Shown piece by piece: positions 8,985 to 19,589 of a DNA stretch of 64,000 nucleotides; position 1 is the first letter of the stretch; each line of letters starts with the position of its first letter. The position numbers and the translations under genes are program-made. This DNA comes from Nitrosopumilaceae archaeon (GTDB lineage: Archaea > Thermoproteota > Nitrososphaeria > Nitrososphaerales > Nitrosopumilaceae), in contig CBDCCK010000002.1 in the NCBI GenBank assembly GCA_965214835.1, positions 2,208,001 through 2,272,000 of the forward strand. Direction: 5' to 3'. The notes under the pieces were generated by a model that searched no databases, was not told the origin of the DNA, and saw only the letters and a program-made list of their open reading frames with translations.

Positions 8985-11900
8985 ATGTACTTGGCGTTTG
9001 TTGCGGTTGCCGTCTTGGGTCTTGCTGCTGCCGGGGCCCTGCCGGAGGGTGCGTACGCGCAGCAGAGCGAGATCGAGATAGTTGCCGTCAGCAGCCTGGG
9101 AAATAACAACACCCTGCTGCTTGATGCCGCCCATGACGTGGATGTCTTTACAATAGGAAGCCGGACCTACGCTGCGGTGACCTCCGAAGGTGACGACGGC
9201 CTCCAGATTGTAAACGTCTCCAACCCTGCCAGTCTGCAGGCCGCCGGTAGTCTGGCAAACGGGGGATCCGCGCGGCTTTCCAACGCCCAGGGCGTGGACA
9301 CCTTTACGATAGGCAGCAGCACTTACGCAGCGGTGGCCGCCTACAGCCAGGGCCTCCAGATTGTAAACGTCACCGATCCTGACAATCCCGCCGCCGTCGG
9401 GAATCTGTCTGATGGCGGCTCCAGTAAGCTTAACGGCGCCCAGGGCGTGGATGTATTCACGATAGGCGGCGACACCTACGCCGCAGTGGCAGCCCACGTG
9501 GACAATGCCCTCCAGATTGTAAACGTCACCGATCCTGACAATCCCGCCGCCGTCGGGAATCTGGCCGATGGCGACGGCTCCCTGGAGCTTAACGGCGCCC
9601 AGGGCGTGAATGTATTCACGATAGGCAGCAACAAATACGCTGCAGTGGCCGCAGTTGATGACAACGGCCTCCAGATAGTCAACGTTACGGATCCGACCAA
9701 CCCGGCAGCGGCCGGGAAACTGAGTGACACGGGCTCCCTGGAGCTTCACGGCGCCCGCGGCGTGACCACCTTTGTGATAGGCGGCAACACATACGCCGCA
9801 GTCGCCTCCTGGACTGACGACGGCTTTCAGATTGTAAACGTCACCGATCCTGACAATCCCGCCCCAGCCGGGCGTCTGGAGGATAGCGGCTCACTGAGGC
9901 TTGACGGCGCCCAGGGCGTGGATGTATTCACGATAGGCAGCAGCACTTATGTGGTGGTATCCTCGGGATCCGACAACGGACTACAGATAGTCAACGTCAC
10001 CGATCCTGACAATCCCGCCCCAGCCGGGAATTTGGGGGATAACGGCTCCAGGAAGCTTGCCAACGCCCGCAACCTAGACGTCTTTGTGATAGGTGAAAGC
10101 ACCTACGCTGCAGTGACTGCCATCCGAGATGATGGCCTCCAGATAGTGAGGTTGGAGACAGAGACGCCCAACAGCCCGCCTGTGGCACCGAACGAGACGG
10201 CAACTACTGCAGAGGACACGTCCGTTACCATAACGCCTACCGTATCAGATCCCGACACATCGGACACCCCGGTAATATCGGCAGTCGATAACCCGCCAAA
10301 CGGGACTGCCACTCATGATGATAATACGATAACCTACACGCCCGACTCTGACTATGATGGTACGGACACCTTCGGATATACGGTAACTGACGGCACCGAC
10401 ACGGCGCAGGGCACGGTAACGGTAACCGTAACGCGCGACAACAACGACCCCGTCTTGGGTACCATAGGAGACCAGACGGCCACTCTGGATGTTCAACTAA
10501 CCATAACGCCTACCGTAACTGACGCCGATCCGACTGACACGCACACGTACTCGATATCGCGCGGCACGCTGCCGGCAGCTGCCGCATTCACTCCATCTGA
10601 CGGCAGTCTCGTCTGGACGCCCGTACAGGCCGATGCCGGGCAGACCCACACGGTCACCATAACCGTAAATGACGGCCGCGGAGGCACCGCTTCTGAGGCA
10701 TTTGACATAGCAGTGGCAGATGCACCCAACGCCCCGCCGGTGGCGCCAGACGAGACGGCCACGACTGCAGAGGACACGCCCGTTACCATAACTCCGAATA
10801 TATCGGATCCCGATACATCGGACACTCCTGTAATATCGGCAGTAGATAACCCGCCAAACGGGACTGCCACTCATGATGATGATACGATAACTTATACGCC
10901 TGATCAGGACTATGACGGTACGGACACGTTCGGATATACGGTATCTGATGGAACAGACACGGCGCAGGGAACCGTAACGGTAACCGTAACGCGCGACAAC
11001 AACGCCCCCGTAATGGGTACAATAGGCGACCAGAACGCGACGCCGGGCATACAGCTGGTCATAACGCCCACGGTAACTGACGATGATCCGACTGACACGC
11101 ACACGTATTCCATATCGCGCGGCACGCTGCCGGCAGCTGCCGTATTTTCCACCTCTGGTGGCCTCCTCATCTGGACGCCCGTGCAGGCCGATGCAGGACA
11201 GACACACACGGTCACCATAACCGTAGATGACAGCCGCGGCGGCACCAACTCGCAAACCTTTGACATAGTCGTGGCCGACATGGACACCTCTGAAATCACG
11301 CTTACCCCCGTCGGGAATCTGAATGATACCGACTCCAGAGAACTTGACGACGCCCAAGGCGTGGCCGTCTTTGCGATCGGGCAGAACACATACGCTGCAG
11401 TCGCCGCATCCCGCGACGACGGCCTCCAGATTGTTAACATCACAGATCCATCCAATCCGACAGCTGCCGACAGCCTGGGGGATAACAACACCCTGCTGCT
11501 TGGTGGCGCCCAGGGCGTGGACATATTTGCTATAGGGGCTAACACCTACGCTGCAGTGGCCTCCTCCGCCGATGACGGCCTCCAGATTATCGATGTCACA
11601 AACCCTTCCAGTCTTGTGGCAGTCGGGAATCTGGAAGATACCATAGATGAGGTGGGGGACACTCCGATAGAAGGATTTTTGCTTGACGGCGCCAGCAGCG
11701 TGGACATCTTTACAATAAACGGCAGCACCTACGCTGCAGTGGCCTCCTCCGCCGATGACGGCCTCCAGATTATCGATGTCACAAACCCTGCCAGCCCTGA
11801 CGCTGCCGGCAGCCTGGGGGATAACAGCACCCTGCGGCTTGACGGCGCCAACGCAGTGACCATCTTTGGGATAAATTCGAGTATCTACGCCGCAGTGACC

Positions 11901-14660
11901 TCCTTTGCAGACGACGGCCTCCAGATTGTCGATGTCACAAACCCTGCCAGCCCCGCCGCCGCCGGCAGCCTGGGGGATAACAACACCCTGCGGCTTGACG
12001 GCCCTCAAGGCGTGACCACCTTTGTGATAGGCAGCAGCACCTACGTGGCGATATCCTCACAGACAGACAATGGCCTCCAGATCATCGATGTCACAAACCC
12101 TGCCAGCCCCGCCGCCGCCGGCAGCCTTGCAGACACGAACTCACTATTGCTTGGCAACGTCAACGGTATAGATGCCTTTATGATGGGCAACACCACCTAC
12201 GTGGCAGCTGCCTCCTTTATCGAGAAAGGCCTCCAGATTATCGACGTCACCGATCCTGCCGGCCCGGTAGGTGCCGGGAATCTTGCAGACACGACCTCCC
12301 TGCTGCTTGATGGCCCGCGCGACGTGGACATATTCACGATAGGCAGCAGCACCTACGCCGCAGTGGCATCCGAATACGATGACGGTCTGCAGGTGGTGAG
12401 GCTAGATGAGGCCGCATCCAGCATCCCGCCTGTCATATCACTTGTGGGAGACAACCCGTTGATCCATGAGCTGGGCACCCCGTACGCAGATCCGGGTGCC
12501 ACGACCGACGACGGTTCTGAAGTCACAACGGATACATCACAGGTCGACGTCAACGTGCTCGGGGATTATCTGGTCACATATACTGCCACCGACGATGACG
12601 GCAACACGGCAACGGCGATCAGGATAGTGTATGTGCGCGATACCGCCCCCCCGACATTTGAGTCTGCAACCCTTAATGTGAACACGGGTGCCATGACCAT
12701 AACCTTCAGCGAGACGATAGACGTATCGACAACCAACCTGTCCCTGCTGTACGTCAGCGACATAAACCAGGAAGATACCGTCCTGCTGGAAGGCGCCGGC
12801 TTTGACGATGCGACACTCGATACAGAGACCCTCTCACTCACGCTTGTAGAGTCCCAGCTGACGCAGATAATCCCGATGGACACGCCGCAGCTCGACATTT
12901 CCTCTGGTGCCGTATCTGATATACTCGGCAACCAGATAGGGGACTCGCCGGATAACCCGATCACGGTAACCGCAGACGACCCAGGGCCCTCCTTTGAATC
13001 TGCAACCCTTGACGAGAACACGGGTGCCATGACCATAACCTTCAGCGAGACAGTCGACATATCGGCTACCGGCCTCACACTGATGTATGTCAGCGATATA
13101 AACCAGGCAAACACCGTATCGCTGGGTGGCGCCGTATTCGACTTTGGATCTGCCGACGTCGAGACCCTCTCACTCACGCTTGTAGAGTCCCAGCTGACGC
13201 AGATAATCCCGATGGACACGCCGCAGCTCGACATTTCCTCTGGTGCCGTATCTGATATACTCGGCAACCAGATAGGGGACTCGCCGGATAACCCGATCAC
13301 GGTAACCGCAGACGACCCAGGGCCCTCCTTTGAATCTGCAACCCTTGACGAGAACACGGGTGCCATGACCATAACCTTCAGCGAGACAGTCGACATATCG
13401 GCTACCGGCCTCACACTGATGTATGTCAGCGATATAAACCAGGCAAACACCGTATCGCTGGGTGGCGCCGTATTCGACTTTGGATCTGCCGACGTCGAGA
13501 CCCTCTCGCTCACGCTCCTTCGGGCCCAGCTGGGGGAGATAGCCCCGATGAGGATCCCACAACTTGACATTTCTGCCGGTGCCGTATCGGATCTGCGCGG
13601 CAACCTGATAGACGAGTCACCGGACAACCCGATCACGATCCCGGGACGTGTCCCGACCGGGGAGGACGACACCGTACCGCCGCCGTCTGCCGGCCGGAGC
13701 AGCGGAGTCGGCGGTGGTGGAGGTGGCGGCGGCCGCACCGGCATCATATCTTCCTCGGCCAGTGAGAATCTTGTATACATATCCTCCATATCGTGGGACT
13801 GCACAGCCAGACTCGTGACGACCGAAGCCGCGCCCGCATCTGATAATCTATCTGTCTCGGTGCGTACCACCGCCAACAGCCTTACACGGGCTACGGATGC
13901 AGGACAGACTGCAGATGGACTGGCCGTGTTTACTGCGCCGATGAGCGAAAGCGAGACGTACATCGGTGTCAGCGCAGTCCTGCACTCTGGAGGGGACATC
14001 AGCTCCGATTACGAGTCGGTAAACATCGATGCCTGTACCGGCAAGCACACGTATGACATCCCGGTACCGGTATCTTATGATACTGCCGGGCAGGCAGTCG
14101 GGCAGCCGCCCGATGTGACGGTCGGGCCGCCGATGCCTGTAGAGCCTTCTGCCCCGGTACAGCCGGAGCCCGAGCCGTCGGTGATGCCAGAGCCTTCTGC
14201 CCCGGTACAGCCGGAGCCCGAGCCGCCGATGCCTGTAGAACCTCAGGATCAGACACAGCCCGAGCCGCAGGCAGCCTCGGAGCCAGGCGGCTCGTGCCTG
14301 ATAGCGACTGCCGCATACGGAACCGAGCTGGCGCCGCAGGTGCAGGCACTCAGGGAGATACGAGACGGCACGCTTCTCTCGACTGACTCGGGCACCTCCT
14401 TTGTAGCCGGATTCAACTCTGTATACTATTCGTTCTCGCCTGCAGTAGCCGACTTGGAGCGACAGAACCCGGCATTTCGTGAGGCCGTACGGGTGCTTGT
14501 GACCCCGATGATCTCGACGCTGTCGATAATGTCGCTTGCCGAGGAGGGCTCAGATGCCTCGGTGCTGGCGCTGGGCGCCTCGGTCATTGCCCTTAATATC
14601 GGCATGTATGTAGCAGCCCCTGCGGCCGTCATCGTAGCTGCCCGGCGACTGCGAGGATGA
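8985..14660 (+). CDS. Giant surface protein: LVIVD beta-propeller repeats, Ig/cadherin-like repeats and a CFI-box-CTERM anchor
   Basis: Signal peptide MYLAFVAV...AYA; many GLQIVNVTDP repeats; TAEDT/TYTP/DTFGY Ig repeats; C-terminal GGSCLIATAAYGTELAPQVQ plus a TM helix. Confidence 0.9.
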   Translation: MYLAFVAVAVLGLAAAGALPEGAYAQQSEIEIVAVSSLGNNNTLLLDAAHDVDVFTIGSRTYAAVTSEGDDGLQIVNVSNPASLQAAGSLANGGSARLSNAQGVDTFTIGSSTYAAVAAYSQGLQIVNVTDPDNPAAVGNLSDGGSSKLNGAQGVDVFTIGGDTYAAVAAHVDNALQIVNVTDPDNPAAVGNLADGDGSLELNGAQGVNVFTIGSNKYAAVAAVDDNGLQIVNVTDPTNPAAAGKLSDTGSLELHGARGVTTFVIGGNTYAAVASWTDDGFQIVNVTDPDNPAPAGRLEDSGSLRLDGAQGVDVFTIGSSTYVVVSSGSDNGLQIVNVTDPDNPAPAGNLGDNGSRKLANARNLDVFVIGESTYAAVTAIRDDGLQIVRLETETPNSPPVAPNETATTAEDTSVTITPTVSDPDTSDTPVISAVDNPPNGTATHDDNTITYTPDSDYDGTDTFGYTVTDGTDTAQGTVTVTVTRDNNDPVLGTIGDQTATLDVQLTITPTVTDADPTDTHTYSISRGTLPAAAAFTPSDGSLVWTPVQADAGQTHTVTITVNDGRGGTASEAFDIAVADAPNAPPVAPDETATTAEDTPVTITPNISDPDTSDTPVISAVDNPPNGTATHDDDTITYTPDQDYDGTDTFGYTVSDGTDTAQGTVTVTVTRDNNAPVMGTIGDQNATPGIQLVITPTVTDDDPTDTHTYSISRGTLPAAAVFSTSGGLLIWTPVQADAGQTHTVTITVDDSRGGTNSQTFDIVVADMDTSEITLTPVGNLNDTDSRELDDAQGVAVFAIGQNTYAAVAASRDDGLQIVNITDPSNPTAADSLGDNNTLLLGGAQGVDIFAIGANTYAAVASSADDGLQIIDVTNPSSLVAVGNLEDTIDEVGDTPIEGFLLDGASSVDIFTINGSTYAAVASSADDGLQIIDVTNPASPDAAGSLGDNSTLRLDGANAVTIFGINSSIYAAVTSFADDGLQIVDVTNPASPAAAGSLGDNNTLRLDGPQGVTTFVIGSSTYVAISSQTDNGLQIIDVTNPASPAAAGSLADTNSLLLGNVNGIDAFMMGNTTYVAAASFIEKGLQIIDVTDPAGPVGAGNLADTTSLLLDGPRDVDIFTIGSSTYAAVASEYDDGLQVVRLDEAASSIPPVISLVGDNPLIHELGTPYADPGATTDDGSEVTTDTSQVDVNVLGDYLVTYTATDDDGNTATAIRIVYVRDTAPPTFESATLNVNTGAMTITFSETIDVSTTNLSLLYVSDINQEDTVLLEGAGFDDATLDTETLSLTLVESQLTQIIPMDTPQLDISSGAVSDILGNQIGDSPDNPITVTADDPGPSFESATLDENTGAMTITFSETVDISATGLTLMYVSDINQANTVSLGGAVFDFGSADVETLSLTLVESQLTQIIPMDTPQLDISSGAVSDILGNQIGDSPDNPITVTADDPGPSFESATLDENTGAMTITFSETVDISATGLTLMYVSDINQANTVSLGGAVFDFGSADVETLSLTLLRAQLGEIAPMRIPQLDISAGAVSDLRGNLIDESPDNPITIPGRVPTGEDDTVPPPSAGRSSGVGGGGGGGGRTGIISSSASENLVYISSISWDCTARLVTTEAAPASDNLSVSVRTTANSLTRATDAGQTADGLAVFTAPMSESETYIGVSAVLHSGGDISSDYESVNIDACTGKHTYDIPVPVSYDTAGQAVGQPPDVTVGPPMPVEPSAPVQPEPEPSVMPEPSAPVQPEPEPPMPVEPQDQTQPEPQAASEPGGSCLIATAAYGTELAPQVQALREIRDGTLLSTDSGTSFVAGFNSVYYSFSPAVADLERQNPAFREAVRVLVTPMISTLSIMSLAEEGSDASVLALGASVIALNIGMYVAAPAAVIVAARRLRG
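12825..13496 (+). repeat. Intragenic 336-bp tandem duplication (two essentially identical units)
   Basis: gagaccctctc recurs at 12825, 13161 and 13497; 112-aa unit. Confidence 0.9.
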
Positions 14661-14914
14661 AATCCGCCGGTAACTAGAGAGCAACTAATGCCATGCCCGC
14701 CTCTAATACGACCTAGCAGTCGAAATCCGACCAAGCATGCCTTAGGCGAGGCGTTCACCCTTTGCAATTTTGCCGGATCTGATCCAACTCGCACGCTTTG
14801 CTTGAATTAGGTGTGATCTGAACTGCTGCAGGCCGATTGGTGATCATGGGTCGTCCATTCTGGGAACAAAAGCGGATGGTTCATAAATAAATCCGCCCAA
14901 AAGCGGTTACCACA

Positions 14915-16798
14915 TTGACATTTGCTCTTGTCCTAGACGAAATCAAAAACAACATAGAAAAAATTTTATCTGAATTGGGGGTTTCTGGCGTAGCATATTC
15001 TGTAGAGCCTGCACGGCCCGGATTTGGCGATGTGACCTGCAACGTCCCGTTTCTTCTCTCAAAACATCTTAAAAAAGCCCCGCGGGAGATTGCAAGGCAA
15101 GTTTCTGCAAAATATCAGAGCTTGGACAGCAGGCTGGTGTCCGGCGTTGATGCACACCCTTCAGGCTATGTCAACTTTGCCGTGAACATGAGTGCCCTGG
15201 GCGAAATCATAATCAAAAACTCTGCAAGCGACGACTATGGATCAGTCGATGTAGGACGATCCTCCAGGACTGTCGTGGAGCATACCAGCGTTAATCCCAA
15301 CAAGGCGCTGCACATTGGCCATGTCAGAAACATCGTCGTCGGAGACACCGTCTCCAGAATCCTGCGCAAGGCAAACTATGATGTCACCGTACTAAACTAC
15401 GTTGACGACTCTGGATTGCAGGTGGCAGACATCGTATTGGGGTTCAAAAGGCTGGGATTCTCCGAAGAACCCCCCCCAAACACAAAGTTTGACCATTATT
15501 GTGGGGATGAGGTTTATGTCAAAACCGCCAAGAAATACGCCGAGCGTCCGGATCTTGAGCATGCAAGAAAAGACATTCTGAAGGAAATCGAGGAGGGGGA
15601 CTCTGAGACTGCGGCATTTGCCGACTCTGTGACCAGGCGCGTGCTCAAGGGACAGCTGCAGACATGCTGGAACCTGTCTGCATCCTATGACTGCCTAAAC
15701 TACGAGTCGCAAATCATCCGTTCAGGCCTATGGGCTGAAATTTTTGAAAAGCTGAGGTCGATGGGCCTGATTGAGCTGGAAGGCGAAGGTAAAAACTCCG
15801 GATGCTGGGTGATTCGCGGTGATGGCAGGGAGGATGACAAGGTCCTAGTGCGAAGCAACGGGACTGCAACATACATCGCAAAGGACATCCCATATGCTGC
15901 ATGGAAGCTGGGTCTGGTCGGTGATCCATTCAGCTATGAGGAATATGATGCCAGGCAGCCCGGCGACCGGATCCTGTGGCAGACAACATTGAATGATACC
16001 GGGATCAAAAAAGAGTTCAAGGGAGACAGGGTGGTGACCGTAATTGACTCGCGGCAGTCCAGACTGCAAAAAATAATCACGGTTTTGATGGACAAATTCA
16101 AGTCATCTGCCGGCGCATACGTGCACCTGGGCTACGAGTCTGTGACCCTGAGCCCCGATACTGCCAGGGCCCTAGGAATCAAAGCGGAGGGAAGGCAGAC
16201 CCAGATGTCTGGCAGAAAGGGCCTTTATGTCAGCGCCGATGCAGTATATGACATGCTGGTTGAAAAATCATCTGCAGAAACCAGAAAGCGCAACCCTGAT
16301 CTGCCTGATTCCAAGGTCATGGACATTGCAAAGACCGTCTCTGTTGGAACGCTGCGCTATGAGATGATAAGGCAGGATCTTGACAAAATCATCATCTTTG
16401 ATCTGGCAAAGTCCATGAGCCTGGAGGGCGACACTGCGCCGTACATCCAGTATACACATGCAAGGGCATCCCGGATTCTCGAAAAGGCAGGAGCCCGGCC
16501 GAACTTTGATGCAGATTATTCCCTGTTGGAAAGCCAATACGAGAGGGATCTGATCAAGCAAATCGGCCTGTTTGGGGGCGCGGTAGGCGATTCGGCCCGC
16601 AACCTCTCGCCCAAGGTGATTGCCCGATACTGCCATGAGCTGGCCGTACTGTTCAACTCGTTTTATGAGCATGTACGCGTACTGGATCCTGATGATTCTG
16701 AGCTAACCTGCGCCCGGATCTGCCTTGTCTCCTCGTTTGGCATGACGCTCAGAAAGGCGCTGGCATTGCTGGGAATCACAGCACCCGACAGGATGTAA
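14915..16798 (+). CDS. argS: Arginine--tRNA ligase
   Basis: EHTSVNPNKALHIGH (HIGH), MSGRKG, APYIQYTHAR. Confidence 0.97.
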   Translation: MTFALVLDEIKNNIEKILSELGVSGVAYSVEPARPGFGDVTCNVPFLLSKHLKKAPREIARQVSAKYQSLDSRLVSGVDAHPSGYVNFAVNMSALGEIIIKNSASDDYGSVDVGRSSRTVVEHTSVNPNKALHIGHVRNIVVGDTVSRILRKANYDVTVLNYVDDSGLQVADIVLGFKRLGFSEEPPPNTKFDHYCGDEVYVKTAKKYAERPDLEHARKDILKEIEEGDSETAAFADSVTRRVLKGQLQTCWNLSASYDCLNYESQIIRSGLWAEIFEKLRSMGLIELEGEGKNSGCWVIRGDGREDDKVLVRSNGTATYIAKDIPYAAWKLGLVGDPFSYEEYDARQPGDRILWQTTLNDTGIKKEFKGDRVVTVIDSRQSRLQKIITVLMDKFKSSAGAYVHLGYESVTLSPDTARALGIKAEGRQTQMSGRKGLYVSADAVYDMLVEKSSAETRKRNPDLPDSKVMDIAKTVSVGTLRYEMIRQDLDKIIIFDLAKSMSLEGDTAPYIQYTHARASRILEKAGARPNFDADYSLLESQYERDLIKQIGLFGGAVGDSARNLSPKVIARYCHELAVLFNSFYEHVRVLDPDDSELTCARICLVSSFGMTLRKALALLGITAPDRM

Positions 16799-16838
16799 AA
16801 ACCAGTAGGTTATTATCCAAAACTCCCCGCGTGTACCT

Positions 16839-17645
16839 GTGGCAAAAATCAGGCGAAACTCACCCGTGCTTTTCTATTACAACCGCTCAAAAAAATGGTT
16901 GACTAGGATCTCCACCGGTGAGGAGCTTCACACCCACATCGGCGTAATAAGACACCGGGATGCAATCGGCAAGGAGTACGGCTCTAGGCTGATCACCGGC
17001 AAGGACAAGTACGTATACCTGCTTGAGCCCACAATCCACGATTATATAATGAAGATCCAGCACGGCACCCAGATTGTCTATCCGAAGGAGCTGGGATACA
17101 TAGCGGCCCGCGCGGGAATCCAGAGCGGGCAAAAAATCCTGGAGGTTGGAACCGGCAGCGGCGCCCTTACCAGCTATGTCGCAGGAATCGTGCGGCCGAG
17201 GGGACACGTGTATACCTTTGATGTCGACGAGGGCTTTATGAGGATTGCAGCCAAGAACATCGAGAGGGCCGGCCTTACAAAGTTTGTCACCCAGAAAAAG
17301 CTTGACCTCAAGACTTCAAAGACCGTCCCGGTCAAGAACGCCGATGTGGCGCTAATCGATCTTGGCGACCCATGGACCGTAATCCCAAAGGTCAGGGAAA
17401 TGCTCAAGGGCAGCGGCGCGGTCTTTGCAGTATGCCCAACGATGAACCAGCTGGAAAAGCTGACTGCCGCCCTGACGCAAAACGAGTTCACGGACATCGA
17501 GTCCACCGAACTGATCCTCCGGGGCATCGACGCGCGCGAGGGAAAGACGCGCCATTCCTTTCAGGGCATAGGCCATACTGCCTACCTGTGTTTTGGACGA
17601 AAGGCGTTCTTTGATGAAAGGCCAAAAAGGGTAAAATCAAAATAA
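16839..17645 (+). CDS. trmI: tRNA (adenine-N1)-methyltransferase, GCD14/TrmI family
   Basis: TQIVYPKE, LEVGTGSGALT, IDLGDPW, HTAYL. Confidence 0.88.
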   Translation: MAKIRRNSPVLFYYNRSKKWLTRISTGEELHTHIGVIRHRDAIGKEYGSRLITGKDKYVYLLEPTIHDYIMKIQHGTQIVYPKELGYIAARAGIQSGQKILEVGTGSGALTSYVAGIVRPRGHVYTFDVDEGFMRIAAKNIERAGLTKFVTQKKLDLKTSKTVPVKNADVALIDLGDPWTVIPKVREMLKGSGAVFAVCPTMNQLEKLTAALTQNEFTDIESTELILRGIDAREGKTRHSFQGIGHTAYLCFGRKAFFDERPKRVKSK

Positions 17646-17668
17646 AGCATGTCGCGTGGTAAAATCAG

Positions 17669-17768
17669 TTGAAAAGCACTGCCCTGACACCCCCAACCGT
17701 CAAGAGATTCATCCCTGCCAGGGATACCAACTCGCGAAAGGGCGCCAACGGGACCGTCCTGGTCGTGG
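17669..17768 (+). pseudogene. nnrD: NAD(P)H-hydrate dehydratase (YjeF-C/NnrD) N-terminal stub, interrupted by an IS
   Basis: FIPARDTNSRKGANGTVLVV matches the PxRxxxSxKGxxGxVLVxGG start of the family; the sequence switches to IS DNA at about 17769. Confidence 0.75.
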
Positions 17769-18829
17769 TCTATTGTACGAAAAGTCGGCCGCCTAGGATC
17801 AGGAGGACAATAGCGGACTGTTTTAGGCTGTACCGATCACGAAAAACCATGAAAAAGAGACTGACAGAAGAGTCACGGCAGTACTTGATAAGACAGCGCA
17901 AGAAAGGCGTCGCGCCATCCAAGATGGCAAAGGATCTGAATATCACGGCAAGGCACGTAAGGAGGCTGTGGGCCCGGTTCCAGGTGACCGGGACGACGCG
18001 TATGAAGATGGGCAGGCCGCACGTTCCGGTCACGGCCGCCCAGATACGTCTGGTGACCGGGACGCACCAGAGCGAGCCGGCAGGCGTGCTGCGCACCGCA
18101 GGCAGACTGAGGAACAGTCACAATACAAGCTGCCGTGCAGTATACCGCATAATGAAGAAGAACGGCCTAGCGGTCCCGTCTGCGGCAAAATCAAAGAAGA
18201 GAAGGTACGTTCGCTTTGAGCGCAGGTACTCCAACGCCATGTGGCACGCAGACTGGCACGAGATGAAGGATCCACGCCTAAAAGGGGTTCTATCTAGTCA
18301 CGTATCTTGATGATGCCTCAAGGTGCATTACGGGGGCCGCGCTCTTTGAGCATGCCACCTCTGAGAACGCCGTAATGGCGCTCAGGCTGGCGATCGAGAG
18401 GTTTGGCACGCCTGCATCCATACTGTCTGACAACGGCTCGCGCTTTGTAGGACAGAACGGCAGAAAAAAGGCGGTCTCCAAGGGCGGCACCGGCATGGGG
18501 ACATGGCAGCCCACGCTCTTTGAGGAGGAGCTGCTTGCATGGGACATCATCCTGATAAACTCCAGGCCGTATCACCCGCAGACCAACGGCAGGCTGGAGC
18601 GGACTCCATCGCACCATAGAGGAGGAGATACGGCATTATGACGGCCCAAGGCAGTACGTGGACTATTACAACGAGAGAAGGCCCCCACTTTTCGCTTGAC
18701 ATTGCCAACTGCGAGACGCCGCTTCAGGCGTTTAGGAGCAGGGAGGCCACCGATGCGATCAGAAAAAAAGACCCAAAATGGATGGAGAGGGACACAGATG
18801 ACTAGCGGACCGACTTTTCATATAATACA
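17769..18829 (+). mobile_element. IS481-family insertion sequence with a frameshifted transposase (about 17849-18805)
   Basis: 18-bp inverted repeats tattgtacgaaaagtcgg / ccgacttttcatataata; HTH plus WHADW, DDASR, SDNG and PQTNGRLER integrase motifs spread over several frames. Confidence 0.88.
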
Positions 18830-18880
18830 TCGTACCTGTGGGGAGAAAACCCTTTATTATGCTCCAAAACCACATCAGTC

Positions 18881-19477
18881 ATGTCCATGTATATGCCTGG
18901 CGCGACGGCAGTAGGCATCACCTATAACGGAGGCGTAGTCTTTGCCAGCGAAAAAAGAATAGCATACGGCAACTTTCTGGTCAGCAAGAACACCAAAAAG
19001 ACGTTCCAGATCACCCAAAAGGTAGGCGCCGCATGTGCCGGCCTTGTAGCAGACATGCAGATCCTGTCCCTGCAGATCTCCGCCTTGGCAAGGATCAGGA
19101 GGATGGAGCTAAAGCGCGACGTCCCCCCCAACACCATCGCCAAGATGATGTCAAACATGATGTATGAGCGCAGGTTCTTTCCACTACTCACACAGGTCAT
19201 AGTAGGCGGGGTAGTTGACAAGCCGGTAATCTATACGCTGGATCCGCTAGGCTCCGTTCTCCCCGACGAGTATGCAGCAGTAGGCACCGGCGCCGAGATG
19301 GCACTGGGAGTGCTGGATCCGCAGTTCAAGCCAGGCATGTCCGAGGAGGAGGCGGTGGAGCTGGCAAAAAAGGCCATAAGGGCCGCATCCTTGAGGGACT
19401 CGTTTAGCGGCGACGGGCTTGATATTCTGGTCATCAACTCTGCTGAGGCTCGAGAGATTACAGAGGCCGCAGCCTAG
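18881..19477 (+). CDS. psmB: Proteasome beta subunit
   Basis: GATAVGI, ASEKR, AGLVAD, GTGA, RDSFSG. Confidence 0.95.
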   Translation: MSMYMPGATAVGITYNGGVVFASEKRIAYGNFLVSKNTKKTFQITQKVGAACAGLVADMQILSLQISALARIRRMELKRDVPPNTIAKMMSNMMYERRFFPLLTQVIVGGVVDKPVIYTLDPLGSVLPDEYAAVGTGAEMALGVLDPQFKPGMSEEEAVELAKKAIRAASLRDSFSGDGLDILVINSAEAREITEAAA

Positions 19478-19480
19478 CCC

Positions 19481-19589
19481 CCTGATTGTCTTGCCGGCCT
19501 CCCAGGACTTGTCTGGAAATGATCAAGGATCTAGGACTATCAGAGGGCGATCTGCCTGATTGTCTTGCCGGCCTCCCAGAACTTGTCTG
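19481..19589. repeat. 35-bp direct repeat (19481-19515, 19555-19589; 1 mismatch) with a 39-bp interval
   Basis: cctgattgtcttgccggcctcccag(g/a)acttgtctg occurs twice, period 74. Confidence 0.95.

Noticed and set aside
9100-14000. Recurrent ggcctccagatt motifs as a CRISPR or DGR-like array, plus long antisense ORFs
   Set aside because: These are in-frame protein repeats; no reverse transcriptase or adenine-specific variation was seen.
17669-18310. 213-aa ORF as a novel fusion protein
   Set aside because: It is chance read-through from the nnrD stub into the IS481 transposase.
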